Assembly (NCBI GenBank): GCA_038858525.1
Contig: JAWCFL010000001.1
Location: forward strand, 169,172-201,171
Reading direction: 5' to 3'
From: Candidatus Jordarchaeales archaeon
GTDB lineage: Archaea; Asgardarchaeota; Jordiarchaeia; Jordiarchaeales; Freyrarchaeaceae
DNA length: 32,000 bases
Part shown: piece after piece, positions 17,410-26,264 of the stretch
Position numbering within the stretch: the stretch's first letter is position 1
Layout: each line of letters opens with the position of its first letter
The notes under the pieces: generated by a model
Seen by the model: only the letters and a program-made list of their open reading frames with translations
Told to the model about the DNA's origin: nothing
Databases searched by the model: none
Position numbers and translations under genes: made by a program

Positions 17410-18440
17410 TCACCTCTCACTCTCAACCCATGATACTTGAACCTCGTCAAGCCTCCACCTCGGCTTCACGTAGCTTTCCTCCACCCTTAGGATCCTTCCA
17501 CTAACATACTCTAATATTCCTGTCCAGGCGATCATTGCTCCATTATCTCCTGCCAACTGCTGGGGGACCACGTGGAAGGAGGCGCCATGCTCCTCAGCTA
17601 TCACTCTGATCATTTCTTGCAACCTCCTGTTTCTGCCGACACCTCCCGTCAGTAGAACGTCACCTTTACGCGTGTGCGCCAGAGCCCTCTCAGTCACTTC
17701 AGCCAGCATGGAGAAGCAGACTTCCTGAACGCTGTAGCACAGATCTTCAACTTTGCAACTACCAATCTTGCCAACCGCAGCGGTGTAAACCCCAGAATAG
17801 GAGAGGTCCATTCCCTTGACGACATATGGCAGCGGAATAAAAGTGCTTCCTTTACTCGCCAGCTCTTCGACCTTTGGCCCGCCAGGATGCTTTAAACCCA
17901 GCGCCCTAGCGAGCATGTCAAGCATGTTTCCGATGGCCAAGTCAAGCGTCTCCCCAAAGACACGGTACCTGCCTTTCTCGTAAGCTGCAACCAGAGTGTT
18001 TCCTCCAGAAACATACAACGTTAAGGGGTCTTCAACGTTCTCGGTGAGACGCCCAATTTCTATGTGGGCTAAACAGTGATTAACGCCCACTAAGGGAACG
18101 TTTAACGCCAGTGCAAGCGCTCTGGCAGCCGTCGCCACCGTTCTCAGGCAAGGGCCTTTGGGGGCTTCGCCAACCCCGGCCCTTGAGAGAACGCGACCAA
18201 GTTAACCTCACTTATTTTGATTCCGGCTTCGCTTATAGCTGAGGTGATCGCCTGCTTAACCGCGTTCGAGTGGTGCTGCGCGGCTTCCCTAGGGTGGATC
18301 CCGCCCTCAGCGGGCACATACTCGTCTCTGATGTTCGCTAGAATTTCTCCTTCACTACTTGCCACTCCTACACCTAAAGTGTGAGCTGTTCCTTCGAGCC
18401 CCATGCATAGCAGGCGGCGGCCGCCCAGTGCCTTCCTCAC
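17410..18440 (-). CDS. kae1: t6A synthase Kae1/TsaD, two exons (18440-18172, 18157-17410), 338 aa spliced
   Basis: GLEGTAHT, GGIHP and VAFSQGPGL in one frame; GPCLRTVATAAR, VNHCLAH, VSGGNT, GETLD and DNGAMIA in another. Removing 14 nt joins them. The GTG 18440 start is tentative. Confidence 0.94.
18158..18171 (-). other. 14-nt canonical BHB intron in kae1 mRNA
   Basis: Exon helix CAAGGGCC/GGCCCUUG (8 bp); central helix GGGG/CCCC; bulges UU|G and AA|A; mini stem GC-GAA-GC. Excision gives GGG TTA GGC CCT TGC (GLGPC) and removes the frameshift. Confidence 0.93.
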
Positions 18441-18459
18441 AAGTCTCAGTGTAGCGCCA

Positions 18460-18660
18460 TCAGCCGCCTTCATCCTCCTTATCCTCATCCTCTCTTTTCT
18501 TTTCCTTAGCTTCCCTAACATACTCCGTGTATCCACACTTGCCGCAGGTGTAACGGCGCCAGTGCTCCGCCATGAAGACGCCTGGCCCACACCTGGGACA
18601 GAACTTTTTGGCGCGAACCAGTTGGCCATTGACGATCTTGTAGTATTTGCCAACGCTCAC
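18460..18660 (-). CDS. rps27ae: 30S ribosomal protein S27ae (eS31), no ubiquitin fusion
   Basis: [15 protein letters not shown] and [12 protein letters not shown] motifs. Confidence 0.96.
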   Translation of the reverse strand: MSVGKYYKIVNGQLVRAKKFCPRCGPGVFMAEHWRRYTCGKCGYTEYVREAKEKKREDEDKEDEGG

Positions 18661-18682
18661 TTAACATCCCTCCCTTTCGCTC

Positions 18683-18985
18683 TTAAGCTGCACCTTTACT
18701 TTCATCGCCGAGATTACGATTAATGAGGTAATCTGGCTCTATTTGGAGGGCAACATCCTTAGAGCTGTAAACTCGAGCCACCCCCTTAGACTGGCCCACA
18801 CCGTACTCGGTCTCTATTTTTCTTATGAACACTTGGTCTAGGGAGACATTGAGGAGGGCGGCGAGCTTGCGCCTGACTTCCACTCTGTTCGGCGTGCCCT
18901 CGCCTTCATGCTCAACCACGAACTCTACTTCTTCCCTGTTAAAGAAAGGGTTTTTACTTCGAGAAACAAGTTTCACTTCCATCAC
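18683..18985 (-). CDS. rps24e: 30S ribosomal protein S24e
   Basis: NPFFNREEV, GTPNR, IETEYG and GVARVY motifs. Confidence 0.95.
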   Translation of the reverse strand: MMEVKLVSRSKNPFFNREEVEFVVEHEGEGTPNRVEVRRKLAALLNVSLDQVFIRKIETEYGVGQSKGVARVYSSKDVALQIEPDYLINRNLGDESKGAA

Positions 18986-19514
18986 GTGAAGCCTCCCGCA
19001 TTTCTTTAATAATGCTCATAACGCGTTTTTTCGCATCCTCATCAGCCTCTAGAACTACTAATCCTTGACCAGGCTGACCATAAATTATTATCGTTTCCTC
19101 TGGGGCGAGTAGCGCGGCAGGTATTGTAAGCAGGTCTTCTTCTCCATCAACCTCCACGCACACTCTGCCAGCCCTCGAGTATGCATCCTCGAAAACTCTC
19201 CACGCCTCCTTTTTTATCGTCCCTGGAGGGTTTCTCAGATTAAGCTTCTCCCACCCATCCAAATTTAATTTAAGCCCGATGGTCCTAAGCGTTTTCCCAT
19301 CAACCACAATAATATCCGGCTCGACGCCCACCTCAAGAAGCGTCTTCGCCACCACGTCGCCGACCGCGACCACCCTCACGCTTCCCCCCCTCTCCTCGAG
19401 CATGCGCTTAACCCTCAAGCTGCTTTCAGGGTGCCGCCCCTCGACCAGCACACCAAAAGGCGCCTTAAGCCGTTCCCGTAACTTCAAAGGCAACTCTAAG
19501 TCGTAGTCCAGCAA
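18954..19514 (-). CDS. DUF359 GTP-dependent dephospho-CoA kinase
   Basis: VGDVV, VVDGKTLR, NPPGTI, VDGEEDLL and IYGQPGQG motifs; conserved spt4-DUF359-S24e order. Confidence 0.92.
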   Translation of the reverse strand: MLDYDLELPLKLRERLKAPFGVLVEGRHPESSLRVKRMLEERGGSVRVVAVGDVVAKTLLEVGVEPDIIVVDGKTLRTIGLKLNLDGWEKLNLRNPPGTIKKEAWRVFEDAYSRAGRVCVEVDGEEDLLTIPAALLAPEETIIIYGQPGQGLVVLEADEDAKKRVMSIIKEMREASRDGSETCFSK

Positions 19515-19520
19515 CCAGCG

Positions 19521-19706
19521 TCACCTAACTTTCAACGCGTACCTACCCTTCTTCTTGATGTTCAGCTTCTTAGCTATCTGTGACCCTTCAGGGTCAAAAA
19601 CGACTAGTAGTCCCCCATAATCATCAGATAGGGAGGACGTTTTGCACTCAGGGCACATCTGGTCTCTAACTAGAAGTTTACAGGTACGGCAGGCCCGCTC
19701 CCTCAA
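19521..19706 (-). CDS. spt4: Transcription elongation factor Spt4 (RpoE'')
   Basis: ACRTC, CPEC, DPEGSQIA and GRYALKVR motifs. Confidence 0.95.
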   Translation of the reverse strand: MRERACRTCKLLVRDQMCPECKTSSLSDDYGGLLVVFDPEGSQIAKKLNIKKKGRYALKVR

Positions 19707-20287
19707 GTTCCCTTAACCTCCTCATCACTTCTCTTTCCACCACTTTTTTCAGCTTCCTCTTTTATCCACTCTAGCTTTCCCAAGAATGGTTGACGCATAG
19801 TTAACCCTATCCGTCCCCCTCTAGCCCCCCCGGTCATAGAGACAGAGACAACTCTCGCCCTCACAACATCGTTCTGCATTAGGCGCTTCCCTGTCTCCTT
19901 CCCCGTCAATATCCCAGCTTTGCCGTCGTAATCGATGAAGTCATCCATGAGCTGAGAAATGTGGATGAGCCCCTCAATAGGCCCGAGACGCACGAAGACG
20001 CCGAAGTCAACGATCGCCGTCACAACACCCTCAACAACCTCGTTCTGCTCAGGCTTAAAGGTGAGAACATGGAAGGTCGCCTCATGGAATGCTCCTCCAT
20101 CACCCGGAATAAGCCTCCCGACACCAACATCCTCCACGCCGACAACGCAAAGCACAATCCCCAGCTCAGGATCCATAACTTTCTCATACTCCTGCCTAAG
20201 CATTTCGAGAGCAACCTTCTCGACAGGCTCCCCAAACCTGTCAGGAGGAATCCTGAGCACATCCTTAAGTGTGACAAGTTTATACAC
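19703..20287 (-). CDS. rpoE1: RNA polymerase subunit E' (Rpo7)
   Basis: LRIPPDRFG, GDGGAFH, FGVFVRLGPIEGLIHISQLMDD and IGLTMRQPFLGK motifs. Confidence 0.96.
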   Translation of the reverse strand: MYKLVTLKDVLRIPPDRFGEPVEKVALEMLRQEYEKVMDPELGIVLCVVGVEDVGVGRLIPGDGGAFHEATFHVLTFKPEQNEVVEGVVTAIVDFGVFVRLGPIEGLIHISQLMDDFIDYDGKAGILTGKETGKRLMQNDVVRARVVSVSMTGGARGGRIGLTMRQPFLGKLEWIKEEAEKSGGKRSDEEVKGT

Positions 20288-20387
20288 GCAACGACACCTC
20301 CAAGGAAACCAGCAGACTCAACAAGCGCAGCACCAAACCAAAACGCAAGAAAACACTTGGTCAGCCTCACGACTAACATTCATCACC

Positions 20388-20801
20388 TTATAAAATTTCC
20401 CCATCAAGAAACAAACGTCTTCCCTGCCTTAGAAAGACCACAGGCACACCAACCCGCCTGAGACGCCTACGAAGCTTGGCGTCATTAGTCGCCACAACAC
20501 AACCCTCCCTCTTAGCATAATCGAAGACCGCGTCATCTACGCCCCCACCCTCCACCCCCGATGGGCAAACCCTAAACCCTCTTACCTCAACGAGAGACAA
20601 GGCAGCCCTTGCCAGTTTCCCTCTCCTCCCACCCTTCTCAGCCAGCTTCATCAACTCATCAATAACCCGATCCAAAACAATAACCTCATAGCGCCCACCA
20701 ATAACCCGACCAAGCTCTGAGAAGACATCCCATCCCAACAGAAACGGAGCAATCAAAAAGTTACTGTCAACTAAAACCCTAACATATGATCCCCCACCCA
20801 A
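20388..20801 (-). CDS. PIN-domain ribonuclease (Fcf1/Utp24-like)
   Basis: VLVDSNFL, VIDEL, VDD and VATND.KLRRRL motifs; conserved position after aIF2gamma. Confidence 0.9.
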   Translation of the reverse strand: MGGGSYVRVLVDSNFLIAPFLLGWDVFSELGRVIGGRYEVIVLDRVIDELMKLAEKGGRRGKLARAALSLVEVRGFRVCPSGVEGGGVDDAVFDYAKREGCVVATNDAKLRRRLRRVGVPVVFLRQGRRLFLDGEIL

Positions 20802-22093
20802 TAAGCCTCCACCTTCCCGAAACCATCCTGCTCACAGCCACCCTCTGACCATCCTCAGCACACACAGGACGCCGCAGCGCCACTTCAACCTCCCCACTCC
20901 TAATCGACGATACAACGCCCACTGTCACCGCCGACCCAACATTCAGCATTAAAGCCTCATTAACACGCACATTCTCCACCCTGGAAAGCTCCTCGCTTCC
21001 CACAACCCTATCCATCAGGTGAAGCTCAATACACAAATCCTCACGCACGGGAGGAAGGGTCCCGGGAGAACCTACAACGTTCCCAATCAAACCATCAGCC
21101 TTCGTCAAAGAGGGGTCCAGCCGCGTACCAACACCAATCAACCCACCTGGCAAAGCTTCCTCAAGCCACACGTCACCAGCATGCAAACTTACAACGTCAG
21201 CATAAATAGGCTCAAACTTACCTTTAACAGCAACTCCCGGACGAATTTCAACCTCATCCCCAACCCTAACTCTACCTTGAATAATGGTTCCACCAATAAC
21301 GCCCCCAACAAGATCCTCAGGCCTAGTTCCCGGCTTATTCACATCAAATGACCTCGCCACATACATCCTCAAAGGCTTACCCGGGTCTCTAACCGGATTA
21401 GGAATATGCTCTTCCATGAACTGCAACAAAGCATCCAAATTAACACCAAAAACAGCCGAAACAGGAACAATAGGAGCATCCTCAGCAAAACTACCACCAA
21501 TAAACCTCTTAATCTGTCTAAAGTTTTCTAATGCCTTCTCCCTAGAAACAAGCTCAACCTTATTCTGAACAATAACAACATTCCTCACACCAATAATCTC
21601 CAAAGCCGCAAAGTGCTCTCTAGTCTGCGGCTGAGGGCAAAACTCATTAGCAGCAACAACAAAAACACAACCATCCATCAAAGACGCACCACTAATCATG
21701 GTCGCCATTAACCGCTCATGACCAGGACTATCCACAAAGCTGACCTTCCTCACAAACTCAGCTTCACTCCCACACTTAGGGCACTTCCACCCCCCAGCCA
21801 TAGCCAAAGTAAAGTAGCAGTCAGGAGGCGGGCAAGATGGACACTTCAAAATAATAGCATCAGCATAACCCAACTTAATCGTAATACCACGACGCTTCTC
21901 CTCACTATGACGATCAGTCCACACACCAGCCAAAGCCTGCACAAGCGTGGTTCTTGGCCCGCGAGAGAGACACTCCCAACGGATTGCCATGATCCACGTC
22001 TCTAGCACCAGCTGATCAACAGCTGGCGAGTCCAGCTGTTCCCACAGAAACTAAAGCCTGCGTACTCATGGCCTTCTTATAAGCTTCGTCCAA
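20779..22093 (-). CDS. eif2g: Translation initiation factor aIF-2 gamma, three exons (22093-22030, 21999-21984, 21952-20779), 417 aa spliced
   Basis: TDRHSEEKRRGITIKLGY, FVDSPGHE, CPQPQTREH and NKVE motifs. The P-loop missing from the ORF track is rebuilt as GTAGHVDHGKTTLVQAL after removing two insertions. TTG 22093 follows an SD GGGGG. Confidence 0.95.
21953..21983 (-). other. 31-nt BHB intron 2 of aIF2gamma mRNA
   Basis: Central helix UGGC/GCCA; bulges AA|U and AG|A; stem CCGU-U-GGGAG/CUCUC-GCGG with loop UGUCU; outer helix CGUGG/CCACG. It splits the P-loop Lys codon (AA|A). Confidence 0.92.
22000..22029 (-). other. 30-nt BHB-type intron 1 of aIF2gamma mRNA
   Basis: Central helix CUGG/CUAG; bulges AC|U and AG|A; stem CGCCAGCUG/CAGCUGGUG with loop UUGAU; in-frame TGA; outer exon helix weak. 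It splits the His codon (C|AC) of GHVDHGK. Confidence 0.9.
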
Positions 22094-22136
22094 ACAAGAA
22101 CCCCCAAGAGCTTTTAGGAAAGTCTTCACGAAAGCG

Positions 22137-22152
22137 TTATTTAAAAGTTTCC
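22137..22152 (-). promoter_or_regulatory. Probable BRE-TATA promoter of the aIF2gamma operon
   Basis: The minus strand reads GGAAAC-TTTTAAATAA about 44 nt upstream of the TTG start. Confidence 0.6.
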
Positions 22153-22500
22153 AGCGAAAGGATGAGGAAGGGTAGATGGTGGCGATACGAACAGTCAGAG
22201 CGGCGGGTGTTTGTTTATGTGTTTTGGCGGAGGCGGGATGTCGGGGGTTCTAAAAAATATGTCTATTTGTGTGATGAGAAACTTGGGGATGAGGAGCTTG
22301 CTGATTAGGGGTTTCGTTACCGGGAGGAGAGAGTTATTGTGATGAGCTAGGTCTTTACGACGGGGCCACCCAGCGTTTACCCGTAAACCTTCTGGGAGCT
22401 GGGAAGCTTGGTTGGAGCTTCTCAGTTTGCGTTCCGCTTCTTGGATGCAAGGGAGCGTCGATGAATGTGGTGTTAATTCTATAAGCTTGCCCCCCCTCTT

Positions 22501-22762
22501 ATGAGAGTTTACGTGTTAATTAACGTTGAGCTGGTGGAGAATCGATGAGGGGGGGCTGTGAGTTAGGAGCCTGAGATGAAAGAGATTGGCGGGGAGCCAG
22601 GTTTCAGAGGTAGGCACATCTCGAGTACGGAAAGGTGGAAAACAAAGCCTGGCGAAATGGTTGATGGCCCATAAAGACGAGGTGAGATTCAAGGGGCTGC
22701 CTGGAGCTGTGAGGAGCAAGGTGAAAAACACGGCAAAATTTGACCGACAAGCTCACGCATAA
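22501..22762 (+). pseudogene. Possible decayed small-gene remnant (Lrp/AsnC-like fragments)
   Basis: MRVYVLINVELVENR* followed by a fragment containing LPGAVRSKV loosely resembles Lrp/AsnC ligand-binding domains. There is no intact ORF. Confidence 0.25.
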
Positions 22763-23219
22763 GTAACTCATAAATGCCATAGCCCAACTTATTATTACTC
22801 AACAAGAAAAATAAGCTGACGCTTAAGACAAACAACAGCTCACACACCAAAACTAGCCAGGCTTCAATCAATAACAATAATACGCCAAACCCAGCCAGTA
22901 ACAAGAGAGCTACCATCCATCACGCAACAAAACCACAAGGATGCCCACACCAGGACCAGTAAGCCTATACACCAAAACAATCCACGAACCCACACAACCA
23001 GAAAACTAACCAAAACCACACAAAAATACCGAAAATACCGAAAAAAGCTCCAAACACCACCACCCACCCATAAACAACCTGACCATCTAATAATAATTAC
23101 TCAACCACAACACCGAAAAACACAAAAACAAAAAACGACAAGTTCACAGAAGAGTCGAAAAAAATAAAAAACCAGACAAGTAGACAATCCTAGTAAACAT
23201 CTAATAGGAGGGTTTTAAG

Positions 23220-24521
23220 TTGAGCGAAAAGAAGCCACACCTAAATATTGTAGTTATTGGGCATGTTGACCATGGGAAGTCGACTATGATGGGGCATTTG
23301 TTGTATTTGACTAAGGCGATTGATGAACGTACGATTAAGCAGTATGAGGAAGAGGCGGAGAAAATTGGTAAGGGTAGTTTTAAGTTTGCGTGGGTTATGG
23401 ATAAGTTGAAGGAGGAGAGGGAGCGTGGTTTAACTATTGATCTTTCGTTTTGGAAGTTTGAGACGGAGAAGTATTACTTTACAATTATTGATGCTCCGGG
23501 GCATAAAGACTTTATTAAGAACATGATTACGGGTACTAGTCAGGCGGATGCGGCGGTGCTGGTGGTTTCTGCTAGGAAGGGGGAGTTTGAGGCAGGTATT
23601 GGTCCGGGTGGTCAGACGAGGGAGCATGCATACTTGGCGTTTACGTTGGGTGTTAATCAGTTGGTTGTCGCTATTAATAAGATGGATGATGCTAGTGTTG
23701 GCTGGAGTAAGAATAGGTATGATGAGGTGAGGAAGGAAGTCGAGGGGTTGTTGAGGCAGGTTGGTTATAAAGTTGAGGAGATTCCGTTTGTTCCTGTATC
23801 TGCTTGGTTTGGTGATAATCTTATTGAGCGGAGCGGAAAGATGCCGTGGTATAGTGGGCCGACGCTTGTTGAAGCGTTGAATAGTTTGAAGGTGCCACCT
23901 AAGCCTGTGGATAAGCCGTTAAGGATTCCGGTGCAGGATGTTTACAGTATTACTGGTGTTGGGACAGTGCCGGTTGGCAGGGTTGAGACTGGGGTGTTAA
24001 AGGTTGGGGATACTGTGGTTTTCCAGCCTGCTAACGTGAAGGGTGAGGTGAAGTCGATCGAGATGCATCATGAGCCGCTTAGCGAGGCGGTTCCAGGGGA
24101 TAATATCGGGTTTAACGTGCGTGGGATTTCGAAGAAGGATATTAAGCGTGGGGATGTTGCTGGTCATCCAGATAAGCCGCCTACTGTGGCTGAGCGGTTT
24201 GTGGGACAGATAATCGTTATTCAGCATCCTACGGCGATTGCTGCGGGTTACACGCCAGTGATTCATGCTCACACGGCTCAGGTGGCGTGTAGGTTTGCTA
24301 GGCTTGTTGCTAAGCTGGATAGGCGGACTGGTCAGGTGGTGGAGGAGAACCCGAGCTACATTAAGCGTGGTGACGTTGCGCTGGTGGAGTTTGAGCCTGT
24401 GAGGCCTATGGTGGTGGAGCCCTTCAAGGAGATTCCGCAGTTAGGGCGTTTTGCTGTGCGTGACAGTGATTACACTGTTGCGGTTGGTGTTGTTAGGGAG
24501 GTTAAGCCGCGCGCCGGCTAA
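23220..24521 (+). CDS. tuf: Translation elongation factor EF-1 alpha
   Basis: [47 protein letters not shown] and LGRFAVRD motifs. Confidence 0.98.
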   Translation: MSEKKPHLNIVVIGHVDHGKSTMMGHLLYLTKAIDERTIKQYEEEAEKIGKGSFKFAWVMDKLKEERERGLTIDLSFWKFETEKYYFTIIDAPGHKDFIKNMITGTSQADAAVLVVSARKGEFEAGIGPGGQTREHAYLAFTLGVNQLVVAINKMDDASVGWSKNRYDEVRKEVEGLLRQVGYKVEEIPFVPVSAWFGDNLIERSGKMPWYSGPTLVEALNSLKVPPKPVDKPLRIPVQDVYSITGVGTVPVGRVETGVLKVGDTVVFQPANVKGEVKSIEMHHEPLSEAVPGDNIGFNVRGISKKDIKRGDVAGHPDKPPTVAERFVGQIIVIQHPTAIAAGYTPVIHAHTAQVACRFARLVAKLDRRTGQVVEENPSYIKRGDVALVEFEPVRPMVVEPFKEIPQLGRFAVRDSDYTVAVGVVREVKPRAG

Positions 24522-24584
24522 ACCTTCTTTGCTTTTTCTTTTTTGGTTGTGGTGTTTATCGTTGTGCGGGGTGTGTTCTGTTTT

Positions 24585-24758
24585 ATGAAGTCGGTGTCTT
24601 TTAGGGTTCCTGAGGAGTATTTGAAGGGGCTTGGTGTTCTTGTTGAGCTTGGGGTCTTTAGGAGTCGGAGTGAGGCTGTTCGTGCTGCTGTGAGGGAGTT
24701 GCTACGGAGGGAGGGTGTTTTCGAGGATGAGGTGGCGGTGGTTGTTGATGTTGATTGA
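24585..24758 (+). CDS. Ribbon-helix-helix (CopG/CdrS-like) protein
   Basis: MKSVSFRVP...LVELGVFRSRSEAVRAAVRELL is a typical RHH pattern. ATG at 24585. Confidence 0.85.
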   Translation: MKSVSFRVPEEYLKGLGVLVELGVFRSRSEAVRAAVRELLRREGVFEDEVAVVVDVD

Positions 24759-24803
24759 TGAAGGTGTGGTTTTCTCTTGGGTGGGGTTTAGGGAGGGGTT
24801 GGC

Positions 24804-25505
24804 TTGGGTAGGATTTGTGTTTCGTTGATGGCTGATACTGTGGAAGGACTGATGGGCAAGGTTGAGAGGGCGTGTGAGGCGGGGGCGGACTTAGTTGAGT
24901 TGCGGTTGGATTACTTAAGGGAGAGGGATGTGGATGTTGCGGGGCTGGTTTCTGGTTTGGGTGTGCCTGTGATTTTGACTGTGAGGCGTAGGGAGGAGGG
25001 AGGGGTTTTCCCGCTGGGGGAAGAGGAGAGGGTGGGGCTGATTGAGAGGTGCATTGAGGCTGAGCCGGACATGGTGGACCTTGAGTTGTCGATGGGGGTT
25101 AGTGTTCTTCAGAAACTCATCTCCCTTTGTAGGGAGAGAGGGGTTTCGGTTATTCTTTCATATCACGACTTTAGTGGGACGCCTTCCTGGCAGGATCTTA
25201 GGGGGAGGGTGGCGGCCATGTTTAGGTTGGGTTGTAGTGTGGCTAAAGTTGTGACTGCGGCAGGGGCTATCAGTGATAATCTGCAACTTTTGGGGCTGGC
25301 GTCCCTGTACCCTCAGCGCGTGGTAGCTTTCTGTATGGGTAAGATAGGGGTTCTGTCTAGGGTTCTGTGCACGTTTTTTGGGTCGCCGTTCACGTATGCC
25401 TCGTTGGATGCGCCGCTTGCCCCGGGGCAAATAGACATTGCAACTATGAGGAAGGTGCATGAAAGCTTGGCTCGCATACTCGATGCGGTGGGGAACCATG
25501 TTTGA
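24804..25505 (+). CDS. aroD: Type I 3-dehydroquinate dehydratase
   Basis: DLVELRLDYL, ILTVRRREEGG, VDLEL, ILSYHDF, AKVV and APGQI motifs. Confidence 0.93.
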   Translation: MGRICVSLMADTVEGLMGKVERACEAGADLVELRLDYLRERDVDVAGLVSGLGVPVILTVRRREEGGVFPLGEEERVGLIERCIEAEPDMVDLELSMGVSVLQKLISLCRERGVSVILSYHDFSGTPSWQDLRGRVAAMFRLGCSVAKVVTAAGAISDNLQLLGLASLYPQRVVAFCMGKIGVLSRVLCTFFGSPFTYASLDAPLAPGQIDIATMRKVHESLARILDAVGNHV

Positions 25506-25736
25506 GGCGGGCTTCGCCGGCGGCTTCTGGCGTTCAGCGTTTATCCGGATCAGTTTGAGGTTGGGTGTTTTTGAGGCGTGATAGTGGGGGGGGAAGCGGG
25601 GGTCCACGGGCTTCGTGATTGTGGTTGGAGCTTGGTCTTCTTTTCGTGTTTTTGTGTTTGATGGGTTGCTCAGCTGTGGAGCGATAAAAATATAAATTAT
25701 TGTGGTTTGGGTTGTTGTGAATTGGGGGTTTGTGGC

Positions 25737-26264
25737 TTGCCGAGGCGACCATCTAGGTGCTATACGAGGATTGATGGGCCACCTTATACGCGGGTTGAGT
25801 ATATTCATGGGAGCCCGCCTTCCAAGATTAGGATTTACGAAATGGGAAATGCTAGTCGCAACTATACTTTGAGGGCTGACTTGGTTATCGATGAGGCTTG
25901 TCAAGTCACGGACGGCGCTCTCGAGGCTTTGAGGGTTGCGGCTAGCAGGCATCTCACGAATAGCTTTGGGCGTGACGGATTCTACCTCAAGATTAGGCCT
26001 AAGCCCTTCCACATTATTCGTGAGAGGAGGATGTTGGCGTTCGCCGGGGCAGACCGTTTACAGGACGGCATGAGGAAGGCTTTCGGCAAGCCTTCAGCGA
26101 GGGCGGCGCGCGTTAAGGAAGGAGAAGTTATTTGCAGCGTTTGGGTCGACGATTCGCCAAAGGCTGTTGAAGCTGTTAAGAAGGCGCTTTACGTTGGGGC
26201 TAGGAAGCTTCCCCGTCCATCCCACATAGAGTTTACTAGAGGGGAGAGCCTAACCTTAAAGTGA
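25737..26264 (+). CDS. rpl10e: 50S ribosomal protein L10e (uL16)
   Basis: RPSRCY, PPYTRVEYIHGSP, ALEALRV, PFHIIRE and AGADRLQDGMRKAFGKP motifs. TTG start at 25737. Confidence 0.96.
   Translation: MPRRPSRCYTRIDGPPYTRVEYIHGSPPSKIRIYEMGNASRNYTLRADLVIDEACQVTDGALEALRVAASRHLTNSFGRDGFYLKIRPKPFHIIRERRMLAFAGADRLQDGMRKAFGKPSARAARVKEGEVICSVWVDDSPKAVEAVKKALYVGARKLPRPSHIEFTRGESLTLK

Noticed and set aside
18144-18180. kae1 split as a sequencing frameshift, programmed frameshift or pseudogene
   Set aside because: The break is a discrete 14-nt insertion forming a perfect BHB, both halves are otherwise intact, and there is no slippery site.
22147-22172. GTTTCCAGCGAAAGG...G-rich as an ORB origin box
   Set aside because: It is a single imperfect match that is better explained as the BRE of the aIF2gamma promoter on the minus strand; there is no repeat partner or cdc6.
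22516-23067. Hydrophobic minus-strand ORFs (71, 75 and 67 aa) as membrane proteins
   Set aside because: A G/T-rich, A-poor strand yields stop-poor Val/Leu/Phe/Gly/Trp ORFs by composition alone; they overlap each other and show no family motif.
25158-26012. 284-aa minus-strand ORF and similar long antisense ORFs (9653-10150, 19961-20461, 6807-7319)
   Set aside because: They are shadows of well-supported genes on the opposite strand, inflated by strand bias.
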